Program-made: the position numbers and the translations under genes
Notes under the pieces: generated by a model
The model's database searches: none
What the model was told of the DNA's origin: nothing
The model's input: the letters and a program-made list of their open reading frames with translations, nothing else
Shown here: positions 51,082 to 64,000 of the stretch, in pieces
How the letters are laid out: every line of letters begins with the position of its first letter
Numbering within the stretch: the first letter of the stretch is position 1
Assembly (NCBI GenBank): GCA_958009085.1
Contig: OY253671.1
Coordinates: forward strand, 124,001 to 188,000
Reading direction: 5' to 3'
DNA from: Protoeuglena noctilucae
Taxonomy: Eukaryota
DNA: 64,000 bases

Positions 51082-52214
51082 ATGAAGGTCGACCTCGTCA
51101 CAGCGCAGCTAGCGACCGAGGAGCACTGCACCCACTGCTTCGATGTCCTCGTGGCCCATTTCACGTGAGAGCCACCGCCTCGCAGTCGCGCTTGGCTGGC
51201 GCGCTTATCCGAAACAGCAGCAGAGGTTGCGCTGGCCTGGGGCCTGCTGTGATTGCCGCCCGCGCGAAGGGGCCAGCCTCGGGACGCGGCAGCGTGAACG
51301 GGCCCTGCGCGCTCGTCTCCGGCTTCCGCGCAGGGGTGAGGAGGTCCCGAAACCGGATTTCGCTCCCGCCACGTGCCCGCTGTTCGTGACGTGGTCCAAG
51401 GACCGCGGGAGGGGCGCGGAGCCCCGCCTGCGCGGTTGCATCGGGACGCTGGAGCCCACGACGCTGCCCCGCGGCCTCACCGAGTTCGCCCTGACGAGCG
51501 CATTGCGTGACAGACGCTTCCCTCCCATCGCGGCCAGGCGAGCCGGGGCAGGACGCGCGCAGCGGCGACTGAGGCAGCCCCAAACCCTTGCGCATCAATC
51601 TTGGGCCAACACCTCGTTCGCTTCGCTGCAGCGAGGTCCCTGAGCTTCACTGCGGCGTGTCTCTGCTTCATTCGTACGAGAGCGACTTGGCGTGGAACAG
51701 CTGGGAGGTGGGCAAGCACGGCATCGTCATCCGCTTCCCGGACCCCGTCACCAAGCAGCAGCTGCAGGCGACGTTCCTCCCGGAAATCGCCGAGCGAGAG
51801 GGATGGGTGAGGATATAATGGTGCTTGAGATGATGCATCTCGCGGCTGCAGGCACTGGGGAGCGCACGGAGAGCCAGCCGGGCGGACGTGCTGTCAACGC
51901 CAACTGCGCCTCCATTCAATCCTGGCGGCGGAATTGGGAACGTTGTGGACAGCGTACGGTCCTCTTTGCCTCTGCAGGACCACGCCACGACCCTGGAGCA
52001 TTTGATACGCAAGGCCGGGTGCCGCAGCCCCATCACGCCTCAGCTCCTCGACTCGGTCTCTCTCACGCGATACCAGTCCTCCTATTGCACCATGGAGTAC
52101 GGCGAGTACCAGAAACGCTCCCGGCTTGCCTCCGTCCGGGGCGATGCCTTGCAAGAGAAGGAGGGCGGCACCCAGGGCGCCGTCAACGCCATCAAAAAGG
52201 CCTTCTGCTTTTGA
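51082..52214 (+). CDS. AMMECR1: AMMECR1-domain protein
   Basis: CFDVL, PLFVTW, RLRGCIGT, SALRDRRFPPI, WEVGKHGI, ATFLPEIA, LIRKAG, LTRYQS. Confidence 0.93.
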
Positions 52215-52695
52215 CAAAAACAGACACTGAGAACGTCTGAGCCAATCCAATCTCAGCCAATCGAGGAGAGAGGTTTTATGAGATCCAGCACTTTGGCAAG
52301 CAGCGAGCCCAGCCGCTGGCATGGGACCGTCAGTGTCGATGTCTTGCGTGTCTTCTATCCTTGTCCCAATGTTCACTTCGCTAGCAGTCGTGTATGCGTA
52401 GGAGCGCAGATCGCACTAGTAGAAGCGCACGGTGGCCAATGGTTGAACCCTGCTCTGGTTCAAGCATGAGTGTGCGTGCGGCTACTGCAACTGCAACCCA
52501 TAGCGCAGATGCCAGCACTGAATGGTCCCTAGTGATACGAAGGGCGACCAGCAGACACAGCACCAGCGCAAAGCAAGCCAGTAGACCTGGCCCAGACGAC
52601 ATCCCTGCTGCTCCGACTCCGCACAGTCGTCAAGAGGGTCACGAATACAGTCACAACGGCTACTAGTGTCGGCACCGCAACAACGATCAGTGTCT

Positions 52696-55600
52696 TCAAA
52701 TGCGTCCGCCGATTTTGAATTCGTCGTCGTAGACTCTCCGGAGCTCCGCCAGCGCCACACGTCGCCAGCTCGCCTCAACACCGATAAACCCGGCATGCAC
52801 CTGCCAGTCGCGCACGAGGGGGCTAGGGGTGAGATGGGGATACTTTCCAAACACAAACGATCTGTGCTCCTCTACGGAACATATTGGGGACTCACCCATG
52901 TGCCCACATCTCTACTGCAGTGGACAAGGCACTGTCGCTCACCTGCTGCATCTCGCGGGCCCCGCAGGCGCCATAGAGGCACAGAGCGCCCAGCCGCAGC
53001 GCCTGCCCCACGGTTCGGCTGAGCACCCTGCCCCGGTCGTCGCCACCCGGCGCCATGCCCTCTTCGATGTACGTGGCAAGCACCCCGGGCACGTACTTGC
53101 TCGCAACCCTCTTGTCCTGAACCAGCTCCTCCATCAGCGTCCCCAGGTCCTCCGCACACGCAGACAGCGCCTCCGCCGCCAACGCGCGAGGCGGGGCGGG
53201 CCCAGCCGCGCTGCCGCCCAGCGCCAGGTCGGCGCGCGACACCCACCGGACGATCGCGGCGGTGGCGGCGGCGGCGTGGGCGAGGAACCTTGCGCCGCCC
53301 CCGCTGCGGTGTCGCAGCAGCGCCTGGAGGGCGGAGCACGCGGTGGATGCCTCGCGAGCGGCCGCAGCAATGGACGCGACAGCGGCGGGGTCGTCTGGGG
53401 AGCGAGCGCGAGCGCGATGGGCGGCACGGGCGAGCGCGGGTGCGCGTGCGAGCGGTGCGCGTGCGGCCATCGCGAGGTGTGCTTGGGACAGTCGCAGGGT
53501 CCGCCGGGCGCAGAGGGCCTCTACGCCCCGGAAAGCGAGGCACGCCGCAGCGTGGGACCACGCATCGAAACCATCAGAGGTCGAGGTGGCACCCGGGACG
53601 CCGCCAGGGCCACCGCCGTAGTTGCCCAAAGCACTGGCGCCCATGCCGGTGCTACGGTTGACGGTGCTGCTGGCAACAGCCCATGGGGGAGCAGGGAGGC
53701 CCCGGGTCAGCGCTGACAGCAGCGCCGTGCATATGGATCCCGCCTGGCCCCCCACGGCACGCGATAGGGCCTCAGGAAGCTGGGTCTCGAGCAGGAGCGT
53801 GACCAGGAGCAGGGCGGCGTAGATGTGAGACGCGGGGCTGGCCTTGGGATCGGAACCGACCGCCTCCAAACGACGCTGCATGAGATGGCCCGTCGTCGCA
53901 GCGTTGCTCGACTCCCCGTGAGTGAGCACGTCAGAACTCGGTCTCACCACACGAGCGTGCCGGGCGTCACTCGGCATGACTGTGTCAAGGCCCCATTCGG
54001 CGCAGGCGATGGCCAGAGAGGAGCACAGGGCCCCGATGGCTGCCTCCATCTGCAATGGGGAGAGTCTTACAAAGAGGGCCTGTGCCGAGGTCAGGATGGC
54101 CTGGCGGGCCGAGTCTGCGGGTGGGGAAGGAAGGGAGCGGCGATGGGCACATGAGGAACAACAGTCGCACAGATGGTGTAAGGCACTCAACCATGCAAGA
54201 GTACACCTAGGTGTCTCTTCACAGCTTATGAGAATTGCAAAGTCGGCGTTTGACACGCCAGACAGCCCTCACCTCGCTGGCAGCCCCCGATGTGGGCGAC
54301 GGCCATCACCGCCGCATGCTCGTCACCACCGATAGTCACGCGGCAGCACATCGCGGCGTCCGGAGGGCCCGCGACGCTCTCCAGCGCTGCTATGTGCGCC
54401 GCCACCAGCTGACACGCAGCGTCGTCCATCAACGCTCCCCAGGATTGTCGCTGTGGCACACCCGTCGGCCCAGCAACGCCCCCGCTGTCGTGGCGCCTCA
54501 TCCACGCCCCGCACAGCCGTGCGCACGCGGCCCTGCCTAGCGCCTCCACACCGTTGATAGATGCATCGGCCCCTGTGCCACCATTACTGGTCAGCACGCC
54601 CCATGCAGCCTCGACTGCGGCCCTCACGTCCGCCCGCACGTCGCCTGCCACGTCCCCGTCACCACTACGTCCCTCTACGCCGCCCCCGCCGGCATCCAGC
54701 CACGCCGCAAGCGCCGCCCGCGCCGCCGCCACGCTCATCACCCGCGCCGCCACTCGCTCATCCCCACGCTCTGCGTCCCCTGATCCATGCCGCTGCGCTT
54801 CGTCGGACACTACCCGCAGAGCTAGACTTAACAGACCCTTGCCCGCGTCGCCCAGCCACTTTGTCGGATCCCTCTGCTGACCCCCACCACCGCTTGCGTC
54901 CCTCACTTGCCCGTCCTCCGCGCTGCCCTCTCCATCATGTGACTGTAACCCCACTAGACACCCGTCCCAAGCGTACAGCAGCACCGTCACCCGGGATGAC
55001 CACCCACGCCCCTTGCGCCCCTTCTTCGCATCGCTCAAGTCCTCAAGCCACTGCGGCAGCGCCCCGCGTGCCAGGCGCCTCGCCTCACGGGGGCCCAGAC
55101 CCGCCACGGCCCCTTGCCAGCCCTGTGACCACCATTTCACGACATCCTCTACCGCTGGGACCCCGACTGGCACCCCAACTGGCGAGGCCTGTGTAAGCAA
55201 GCAGTCGCTGCCGGCCGCCTGCGTGGCTGTCGTGACCAGCACGACCATCAGCCCGTGGAGCCCACCCAGAATCTCCCCCGCGACATGCCTCCGTGCCTTT
55301 TTGTGCGCGGCAGCCTCTGGTGTGATAGCATCTGCGTTGTCAACACCGTCATCGGCGCCCCTGCACACAGCCTGGGCCACCTCGCAGACAAGCGCCGCCA
55401 TGCGGGATGCAAGGGCAACCGCGTAACCCATCGACCGGCCTGCCTGCTCCCTCTCGTCGCCCTCCACGGCCCCACGCCATCGCTTCAGCGCCCCTCGCAT
55501 GCCCCCTTCCACGTCCGTTGCGCAAGCGACCAGGACCCTCGCCAAATCCCCCGCTCCCCCAACACCGGGATTTCCGGCCGCAAGCCACGCGATGCCGGGC

Positions 55601-58600
55601 GCTGTCAAGGCAACCTGCTCTCTTAGACCCACCAGCAGCGACCCCAGCTTCCCGCACACCTCCCGCACACCGCCACCATCCCCGGCGTCGCCCAGGGCCA
55701 CCCGGGCAGCACTCGCCGCAAGCTGAACCGCGCTGATCACCGCCGCAACCACCAGCCGCCCCGCCGCTGGCCCATCCGTTCGCCCCGCCCCTCCCGACAC
55801 TGCCGCCTCCGCCACCACCCCCAAAGCCTCCACCAACCGACAGGCCCCGTCAAGGGACTCCGGAGAGACCGAAAATCGTCGACTGTCTTCTTCCACACCG
55901 GCGTCACCGCTGTCGTCCCCTCGGCCGGGGTGCGATGACACCTCCCGCCGCCGCTTGCCCCGCCGCCCACTCTCAGCATCGCCGTCGCCCGAGCGCGGCT
56001 CCGCGCCCGGCGTCGCGCCCGCATGACTCACGCTTTCGCCGATACCGACCTCCAGTGACCCCATGGACAGCGTCGCGGCTTCGACCGCAGACACGCCCGA
56101 CGCTCCCATCACCAAGCAGCACCCCACGCACTGCGACAGAGCCTCCAGAGCAACCTTAGACACCGCATTGCGTTCTGTCGCCCAGCCGCGCCGCAGGTCC
56201 CGCGCCGCTGCGGCCACCACCTCCCCGAACATCACTTGCGCGTGTTCCCGACGCCCCCACCCACTGCCACCCTCCTCGGCACGCCCCTCCGACACCCCTT
56301 GCGGCTTCGAGGTGAACATGGCCGCCTTGCACGCCTCCACATCGAGCTCCAGTTGCATGCAGGCCGCCTCCAATGCCAATGAGGCGTGGGTGCTCGCCAG
56401 GCCAGCCTCGGGCCCACTCAGCGTTGCAAAAGAGGCCACTCCTTGGCGAAGAAAGCCCAGAGGGGCCGCCGCGAGGTCCACCGCGCGCGCTTGCGGCACG
56501 CGCCCCTCCACAGGCGCAAACAGCCCCGTCCCACTGTCCCTTTCCTCATCGCGACTATCGGAGCCGGGCCACCCCGGCAGCACCGCCACCTCCGGCTGCA
56601 TCCGAGCGCAGGCGTCGTGCAGCCGCACCGCCGCAAGATAGACTGCCAGCACTCCAGCTTCCGCCCAGCGCCTGCCGCCTCCGCCCTGACTGCCCCGCTC
56701 CCCATCGCCATCCACGCCCCCTCGCAAACCCTCCACAGCGTCCCCTCCCAGCCCCTCGCCGCTCGCGACCTTCCGGCGCTTGCCCCTCTTCCCTTCACGC
56801 CCGCTCCCGCGCGCTCCCGCAGTGGTGTCCTCCCGATCCCCGGCACTCGCACCCGCTAGCACCCCACACGCGACGGCCGCCATCGCCGACCCCAGCGGAC
56901 CCTCCAGCCCCTCCCCCCCTGCCTTCGCCAGCGCCGGCGCGATCGCCATGTCCGGAACAACCTCCCGGGCCACCAGCGCCGCGAGTGCTGCTGTTGCGGC
57001 CACACCCCACCACTGGCATCCCGGCGTGTCACAGGGCATTACCCCTGCAAAAACCCTCTCTGCCGGTTCCCCAGCCACGCACGTGACAGCTGCCACCGCC
57101 CCCGCCCTCTGCCCCTGCGGCAGGCCCCGCACGCGCTCCCGCAGTGCGGTCGCCGCGTGACCTTGATCACCCAGCAACACCTCAGCCAGCGAACGTGCCG
57201 CTGGCTCTGAATCGAACGCCGCCCTGGCCAGCGCCTCCAGTAGCGTCGGGAGCTGCCGCACCTCCGCAAAGGTGTGTGCCAGAGACGCCAGCATGCCGTC
57301 CGACGTGTGATGGCCTGCCCCGTCACCGCCGCCCTCAGGCCCAGCCCCAGCCGCCCCTCTCACGTGCGGCATCATAGGCGGCTCTTCGTCCCTGGCTCTG
57401 AGTACGAGCTGCAGCGTGCCCGGCAGCAGCGCCTCGAATGCGCGGTGCTCCAATGCGGCCAACGCCACACCCGCCCGCGCCGCCGCACGCGCAGCCAAGC
57501 CCCCACCCCCCGCCCCTCGTCCCAGCACCTCGCTCGCCAGCCGCACCACCGATGCGAGGCGGTGCAGGTACCCCAGCTGCGCTTCACCCGACGGCTGTGA
57601 GGGGTCGTATACACCCCCACCCTCACCCGCACCCGCACCACGCGCTGCCTCAAGCAGTGATGCCAGGGCACTCAACCCGCACGCCGCCACGGCCACCGCC
57701 TCCTCCCGCACGTTCTCTTGTGCGCGACGCCCAGCTTCGCTGTCGGCATGGGCAGTCTGTCCCTTGGCTTTCTTGGCCTTAACACCGCTACGCCCCAACT
57801 TGGCCTCCCCTGCAGCCTCGGTAGCTTGGCCATCCCAAGCAACTGGCAGCAGGGATGCAAACGCCACGCTGTCATCCAGCAACCGCGCCTCCTCCACCCA
57901 CCCCTGCCACCCCTCAGATAGGGTTCCCAGGGCTGCAGTCGTGTTTGTGCCACGCTTGCACGTCTCCGTCAGAGTGCGCAGCGCCCGCAGCGTGGGACCC
58001 GCGACGGAGGCCGCCAGGGCGGAAAAGAGAGCGAAACCCGGGTCCATGGCTGGGGTGGAGCCCGTGCTTGCGCCTCGGTGCGACGTGGCCGATGCCGATG
58101 CTGCGGGTGGCGAGAGCAGTCGTGTCACCCCGGTGAGAGTGGCTGGTTGCGGTGGAAGAAGTCAGGAGTTGTGGTACTAGGCATGCCATCAGCACAGCAA
58201 AACCAGCTGGGGACAGCAGAGCACTGCCATGCGAGAATGGCATGGGCACATATCACACGAACCCCTCCGCTCGCCTGTGGCGCTCGACGTCCCCGCAGCG
58301 ACGCCCAAGGCGACCAGTCCGCACGTCACGGGAGCAGCGTTGAGACTCTCCGGTGACTTGGCCGCTGCCTCGCGGGCCTCTGACACCAGCAACTCTGACA
58401 TACGCTGCAAGAAACCCTCCGCGTCGGCGGGGCCGCCCCGGCGCGACTTGCCGTGGCCCCGTCCCTGCATGCAAAGTCCCGGCAGGTCATCTCACTCTTG
58501 CATGCCCCTGGCGAGCAGCTGCCGGTTGTGCTGACACAGTCAACCCCACCGGTGCGGACCTGCGCCGTTCCGCGACCCCCTGGGGTGCCGTCGGCCTTAG

Positions 58601-59714
58601 CCGGTCCCTGCCACAGCAGCGTGGCGCAAGCGGAGGCGAGTGCGGACCCGGCGACGCCCTCAAAGAGGCACCCCGAGAGCACGCGTCGTGCAGATGTCCG
58701 GGCAGCGTCTGCGTGGGGTGAAAGCCAGAGATGGTCAGCCCAGCCAGAGATACTGATGCTAATGAAGTGCTGCAGCGGAGTGATGGCGTGCACCGAGCCC
58801 CATCAGCAGTGCGCGCCAGGGTCCTTGGAATCCATGCGTTTGTCTCGCCTGAGATGGAGATGTCGGGTCCGTAGGCCGCCCTGCCCAGAGACCAGAGCGC
58901 AGCTGGGGAGGAGGCGGCGACGAAAGCCACTCGCGAGGGGACCCACGGACCCAGACACGCGGCCGCGGCGGCCAGGGCGGCCTCGGCTGCCCGGCAGAGG
59001 TCCGCCTGCGCCAGTGCACACCGACTGCGCAGCGCGGGCACCGCCGCCACCGCCGCGAGAGCCGCGTCCTCAAACGGAGCGCGTGCGCGAGGCGCAGCGT
59101 GATATAGAAGGCGCGCAGCTCCCCTGGCCGCGCTCTCGTCGCGCTCTTCGGCCGCGCGGGCCATCCCGCGCGCCGCGGCAGGCAGCAACCCCCGCTCGAG
59201 CGCGGCAGCCGCGGGGCCCGGGCATTGTTCCGCCAGGTCCCCGGCGAGCTCCCAGAGGTCCGCTGGCGGAAGGTCGTCGTGGCCGGCGGCCGGACGCGAC
59301 GTGCGGGGCTGCTTGTCGGCCGGGGCCACGGCGCGGACGCTCCACGCGACGACGCTCGTCACCAGGTGCGCCCGGATGCGGGAAGTCAGAGCCACGTCAT
59401 AGTCAAGCGTGGCGTTGGGCTCGCCGTCGCGGGCGCGGCCGCCGAGCAGCCCCACGCTGGATGCAGCCTCGCGTGCTGCAGCCACCTTCCTGCGCAGCGG
59501 AGAGCAAAGGCGCCCTGATGAGCAGCGTCTCGCGCATCAGCGTGGCAGCATCCATCGCATGCAAGGAGAAGAACGGGCAGGAACGCGGCTGCCGGCACCG
59601 ATGCGGACCCTGCGGCTTGCCGGCCGCGATGGCGCGATGCAGGTTCGCTTACTCGCTGGACGACGCGTCCGCCCTCGGAAGGAGAGATAGCGCTTTCGAC
59701 ACGCTCTCCTCCAT
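52696..59714 (-). CDS. URB2: Large Ala-rich helical protein with C-terminal Urb2/Npa2 domain (nucleolar pre-ribosomal protein)
   Basis: About 3.9 kb exon (1300-aa ORF). C-terminus SKYVPGVLATY..LRLGALCLYGACGAREMQQ..LAELRRVYDDEFKIGGRI-stop fits the Urb2 pattern. Confidence 0.7.
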
Positions 59715-60111
59715 GTCTCCTTGTTTGTCACAGCCAACGAATCATGGTCTGTGTCGGCGGCTCGGTGGCCGTCAACCCATCGCCGACGCCCTGAGCACTA
59801 GCGGCCACCTCCTGTGATCTCACAAACATCTCATCGCTCGATTTGTTGCCAGCAGGCTTCTGGAGGTGTTTTGGCTGGTGGCTGTTGCTGACGCGCATGT
59901 CAGTTGCGTCCATGCGTCCACCTCTCCGTCGAATCGCACCACTCCCGTCTCCTGCATCCAACATAGTGCGCCGCCTCTCTGTCTGCGTCGTGTGGGGACG
60001 GGGAGAGGACCGTCCACTTTTCACTTTCGGCGGGCATCTCCGGGAACTTTCGGCATACTCGACCCTCGACCCGTATCGCACCCGGCGCCGCACGATTTTC
60101 GTCTAATCATC

Positions 60112-63100
60112 ATGGGCTGTGCCTTACGGCGGCCGCTGACTGCCGAAACGGCTGAGGGTTTTGACGAGGGTCAGACCCCTGGCCCAGCGTGCGCACAAGG
60201 GAAGCCCCCGCTGTGTTCAGGAGAGGCAGTGTGCGTCACGGATGCCAGGTGAGCGACACAAAAGGTGCAGCAGCGCTTCTATGAGCGCAGCCAGGGTTGC
60301 GGGGCACCCAAAAATGGCACTTGCTATTCGCCTGCTATCCGTGCTCTGATGCGTCCCTCGGCGACACTCCATGCATGAATCTCCTCCGTTTTGCGCGTCA
60401 TGGCCTTCCTTGCCCAGCTGGTGTGGAGGCTGAAGCTTTGGCGCCAACAACTGTTCGCGTCCTATCGTCCCCAGCTCGCGGCCCGTCGTGGCCCTGTCGT
60501 CCCAGTCCGAGGTCTGCCAGAAGACCCAGTACCTCGTAGACAAGGAAGCGAGCCCGGGCTCGGCCCGCTTCTCCCCGCTGACAGCAGCCGAGGTGTCGGC
60601 CTTCTCCCGCCGGCAGCCCCCTCTGCCCGGCCCGCGCGTGAGCCACGCCTGGAGCGCATGCCTTCACCGCGCTCCGTCCCTAGCCCCATGCGCTGTCGCA
60701 GCTTCCCATGGCCGTGACCGCCTTCTGACCTGCAGAAGGGCGCCGGAAGAGGGAGGGACACGGACGTCAACGGAGAGCCCTCGCCGACCAGTCGAAGGGC
60801 GCACGCGGCCCTCCGCGCCGACAGCTCTCTCCTCAACAACCTCCCCTCGTTCCAGCGAGTTTCCTGGGTGAGACGCGGCGCCCTTGCCCCCGTGACTGTT
60901 CATCCGCCCCGTGCAGTCTGCGGCTGACGTCGTTGGTTCCAACGAGCACCTCCGCGCCCACGCAGGCCGACGTCAGCTCCGCGTCCGTCTCCATTGTCCG
61001 CGAGCCCAGCTGCGGGGTCCCCACCAGTGCCAACCGCGCGCTGTCTCTGGACTTGGCACCTCCCTGCCTCCGACGCGGCTCGCGCCTCACGCCCCGCACC
61101 TCCCGCGCCCTGTCGGGGCTGCCGGTCTCGATTCCCGCTGACCGCCTCAGCACCGGCGCTGCTTTCGACCGGCCCCACGGCACCTCTGCGCCCCTGCACC
61201 CTCCTTGCGTGAGCTGCCCTTCGGGTATTGATTCCATCCAGGGCAGCACGGGCCGTGCCCCGCCGCGCCGCTCCGGCTCTCGAGAGGCCGTGTTTGAGGG
61301 AGCCATTTCCGCCCTCCGCGCCACCCAAGGCCACCCGCCTCTCCCCGTGTCGGTGCGAGCGCTGGGAGCTGCGTGACAGCCCCGCTTTGTGTACCAAAGG
61401 TGGGCGCCCCTTTCCCGCGCAACTAGAAGGCCGGCCCATTTCCGCCATCTCTGCGCCAAAAAGACCCCAGCTGGGTTTTGCCAACGGGTGCAGGCGCCTC
61501 TTGCCGCAGCCCACTTGAGTGCGCGTTGCGGGCCCCCTACCACCCTGCCGCGCTCTTTCCAAGGCGCGTGCCTGGCCCGGTGCCGGTCGTGACTACCGAC
61601 TCGTTTCCTTCTGCACCACTGCCGCAGGTGACTCCCTTAGCTCGTACCACCTAATACAGGCTTTGGCCCCGCAGCCCTAATACTGTTGGCGCTCTGGCCG
61701 CCAGCCTAGCCTCCGACGACGCGACCGCGGGAGCGGTAATAGATTGAGCGCGCCACGCTCGTGCCCTGCCGTCTCGGACTTATACGCTTCCTGACTGTGC
61801 ATCGATAGGCCAGGCCCGGTGACATGCGCTGCGCAGCCGCAGCCGAGCGCTTTCTGTGCCATGGCGCCTCGCGCGAGTCTCTCGAGTGCCTTTTGCAGTT
61901 TCCCCGCTCGCTAGCTCAGGTCGCCCGCTCAGGTATGGACAGCAGGCCCACAGCTACAGGCCACTGCCTAGAGCATAGTGTCAAGTTTGAAGTCGTCCCA
62001 GTGCAGAAGCCGCCCTCTCCTTTCACCATGCAGGCTCCACCCAGACATGCTTCCCATGTCATGCCAGGCTGCCATGTCTGCCGCCGCTGGTCATGGCTCC
62101 AAGGCTTTGGACGGGACGGTCCATGTGTCCCCAGTCCCCGCGACCTCCCCCTCGGGCGGGACCCTCACGGCGAAAGTCCCCGCGCTCTCTGGGCCCGACG
62201 CACCGATCTGCACGCATGGGGCTGCTCTCGGGACGTGCGTGGTGGAACCAGCGGACGCATCTCGGTGCCCGTCGCCCCGGGCATCGACCCTGGCGCGCAC
62301 CGCGTCGTTCGACAGGGCGTCGCACACCACCCGCGCGCTCGGAGGCACGGAGACGCGAGATCACTTGGGCCTGCACCCGCCCCACAGTCCCGGGTCGGGC
62401 CCCAACGTCTCTCGGGTGTCGCGCGACGCTCGCCCTCGCGTGCCCGTCCGGGCGAGCTCGGGCCCCTCCGTGCTGGACTCTCCGTGTGTTTCTCCCGGAG
62501 TCCACTTGCCGGACGACAGCCCTACGCAGGCCCCTCCCAGGCCCCCTGGTACGGTCCTCACGTGCCGCGCCACGGACGTGCTGTTGTTTCCCCATGCCAC
62601 GACGGTTCCAGGTTCCGGGCCCCCTGCGTCTTTGGCCGGACCCCCGCGCACCCTGGCTCTCATTCCGGCCAGCCCCGTGGCTGGCGCGATGGCTGCGGTC
62701 CCGATGCGCCAGCGCACATGGAAGGAGGCGCGGGAACGGGCGTTCAAACGCGCATGGCCCACGATGGAATCGTTCGAGTTTGTCAGGGACCTCGGCAGCG
62801 GGTCTTTCGGAGAAGGTGAGCGGCAGCCGAGGCCCAGGGACTCGGCATATGAGTGTCCCACAGCACGTCCCAGCATAGCACGTGTCGCATGACATGCGCC
62901 AGTGTTGTCACGCCACCCGCCGTTCCTCCGCCTTAGTGCTTCTCGTCTGGCACCCCCCCTCCCGGCGCCACTACGCCCTCAAGGTGGTCGACAAAGCAGC
63001 CGCCATCGCCGCCCGCGCCACCCGCGCGCTTCGTGACGAGCGTCGGGCCCTGCTGGCCGCCGACAGCCCCTTCGTGGTCGACCTCATCGCCACCTACCAG

Positions 63101-64000
63101 ACGCCCCGCAGCGTCTTCTTTCTCATGGAGGCGCTCGTGGGCGGAGAGGTGTTTGAGCACCCCACGCGAGTGCCGCCCTTTCGGTTCCCTGAGGAAGCCG
63201 CCCGCGCCGTCGCTGCGCCGGGTGAGGTCGCGTGCGCTGTCAGGGCAGGTGCAGCTGGGCGCTGCTGCTGCGCATGCTGAGTGTTGCTGCCAATGCCGGG
63301 TGCTGTGGATGGCAGGTGTTAGTGCAGATGCCGAGTGCTCGGATGCTGGATGCTCGAATGCTGAGCACGTCATCAGTCATGCGTCGTTGGCCTCGCTTGC
63401 AGTAGCCCTGGCCCTGCGGCACCTCCACTCGCGAGGCATCGTGTATCGGGACCTCAAGCCCGAGAACCTCGTGCTGGACGACCGGGGGCGGCCCAAGATC
63501 GTCGACATGGGCTACGCGGTGGTCGCGGGGTCCAAGCCCCTTCGCGGCGTGGCTGGGACGTTCGAGTACATGGCGCCAGAGATGATCGCGATGCGCGACC
63601 ACGGAGCGCCCGCCGACGTGTGGGCCTTCGGGGTCTTGCTGTATGAGCTGCTATCGGGAAAGACGCCCTTCGCGTCGGATGGCCCAGAGCACGACCCGGC
63701 GCGCGCGGTGATGACGGGACATGCGGTGAGGGAGCGAAGGCGCCTGCAGCGAGCGGTGTGCTAGGCAGCAGCTCCGGCCTTGCAAGGCGCATCGTGTACC
63801 TACTCGTTCTGCAGGAGTTCCCTTCGTACTTTAGCAAAGCGGCGCGCGACCTCATTGGCCTGCTGCTGCGGAGGGACCCGGCGATGCGGATCAGATGCAA
63901 GGCGCAGCCGCAGCTTTCCGTGGTCTGGGAGGACATTATGCGGCACCCGTGGTTCGACGGGGTCGCCTGGGACGAGCTGGCGAGCGGCCCCGTGCAGGAC
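60112..64000 (+). CDS. AGC-family (PKA/PKG-like) Ser/Thr kinase with long N-terminal extension, runs off the window
   Basis: LGSGSFG, YALK, YRDLKPEN, DMG, GTFEYMAPE, DVWAFG, HPWF in 62770-64000. Link to upstream exons starting MGCAL at 60112 is inferred. Confidence 0.85.

Noticed and set aside
52381..52602. Hydrophobic 73-aa ORF
   Set aside because: Lies between two convergent 3' ends, GTG-type start in the track, no other support.

Overview
GC-rich, compact, intron-dense eukaryotic nuclear DNA. It most likely comes from a flagellated green alga (plastid-type enzymes plus CFAP100 and B9 ciliary genes; lineage is inferred, not proven). About 20 spliced protein genes can be reconstructed: DCAF8-like WD40, secreted plant-type LRR protein, peroxisomal thiolase, FAD synthetase, CFAP100, CWC21/SRRM2, acyl-ACP desaturase, translin-like, malonyl-CoA:ACP transacylase, a second WD40, CWC24/RNF113A, P5CR, a PFK-family protein, a B9-domain protein, a SelM-like protein, AMMECR1, URB2, an AGC kinase and three hypotheticals. 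There is one 200-N gap. No prokaryotic operon, CRISPR array, tRNA or rRNA is visible. Most notable: (1) repeated 'echo' copies of exon-intron and stop-codon junctions in the adjacent non-coding DNA of five genes; (2) about ten GC-AG introns; (3) introns with G-rich 5' and C-rich 3' halves; (4) a PFK with Glu at the catalytic TIDND Asp; (5) a monothiol PxxC SelM homolog; (6) a possibly plastid-targeted archaeal-type translin. Exon boundaries and starts were inferred by eye. CDS coordinates are gene spans including introns.
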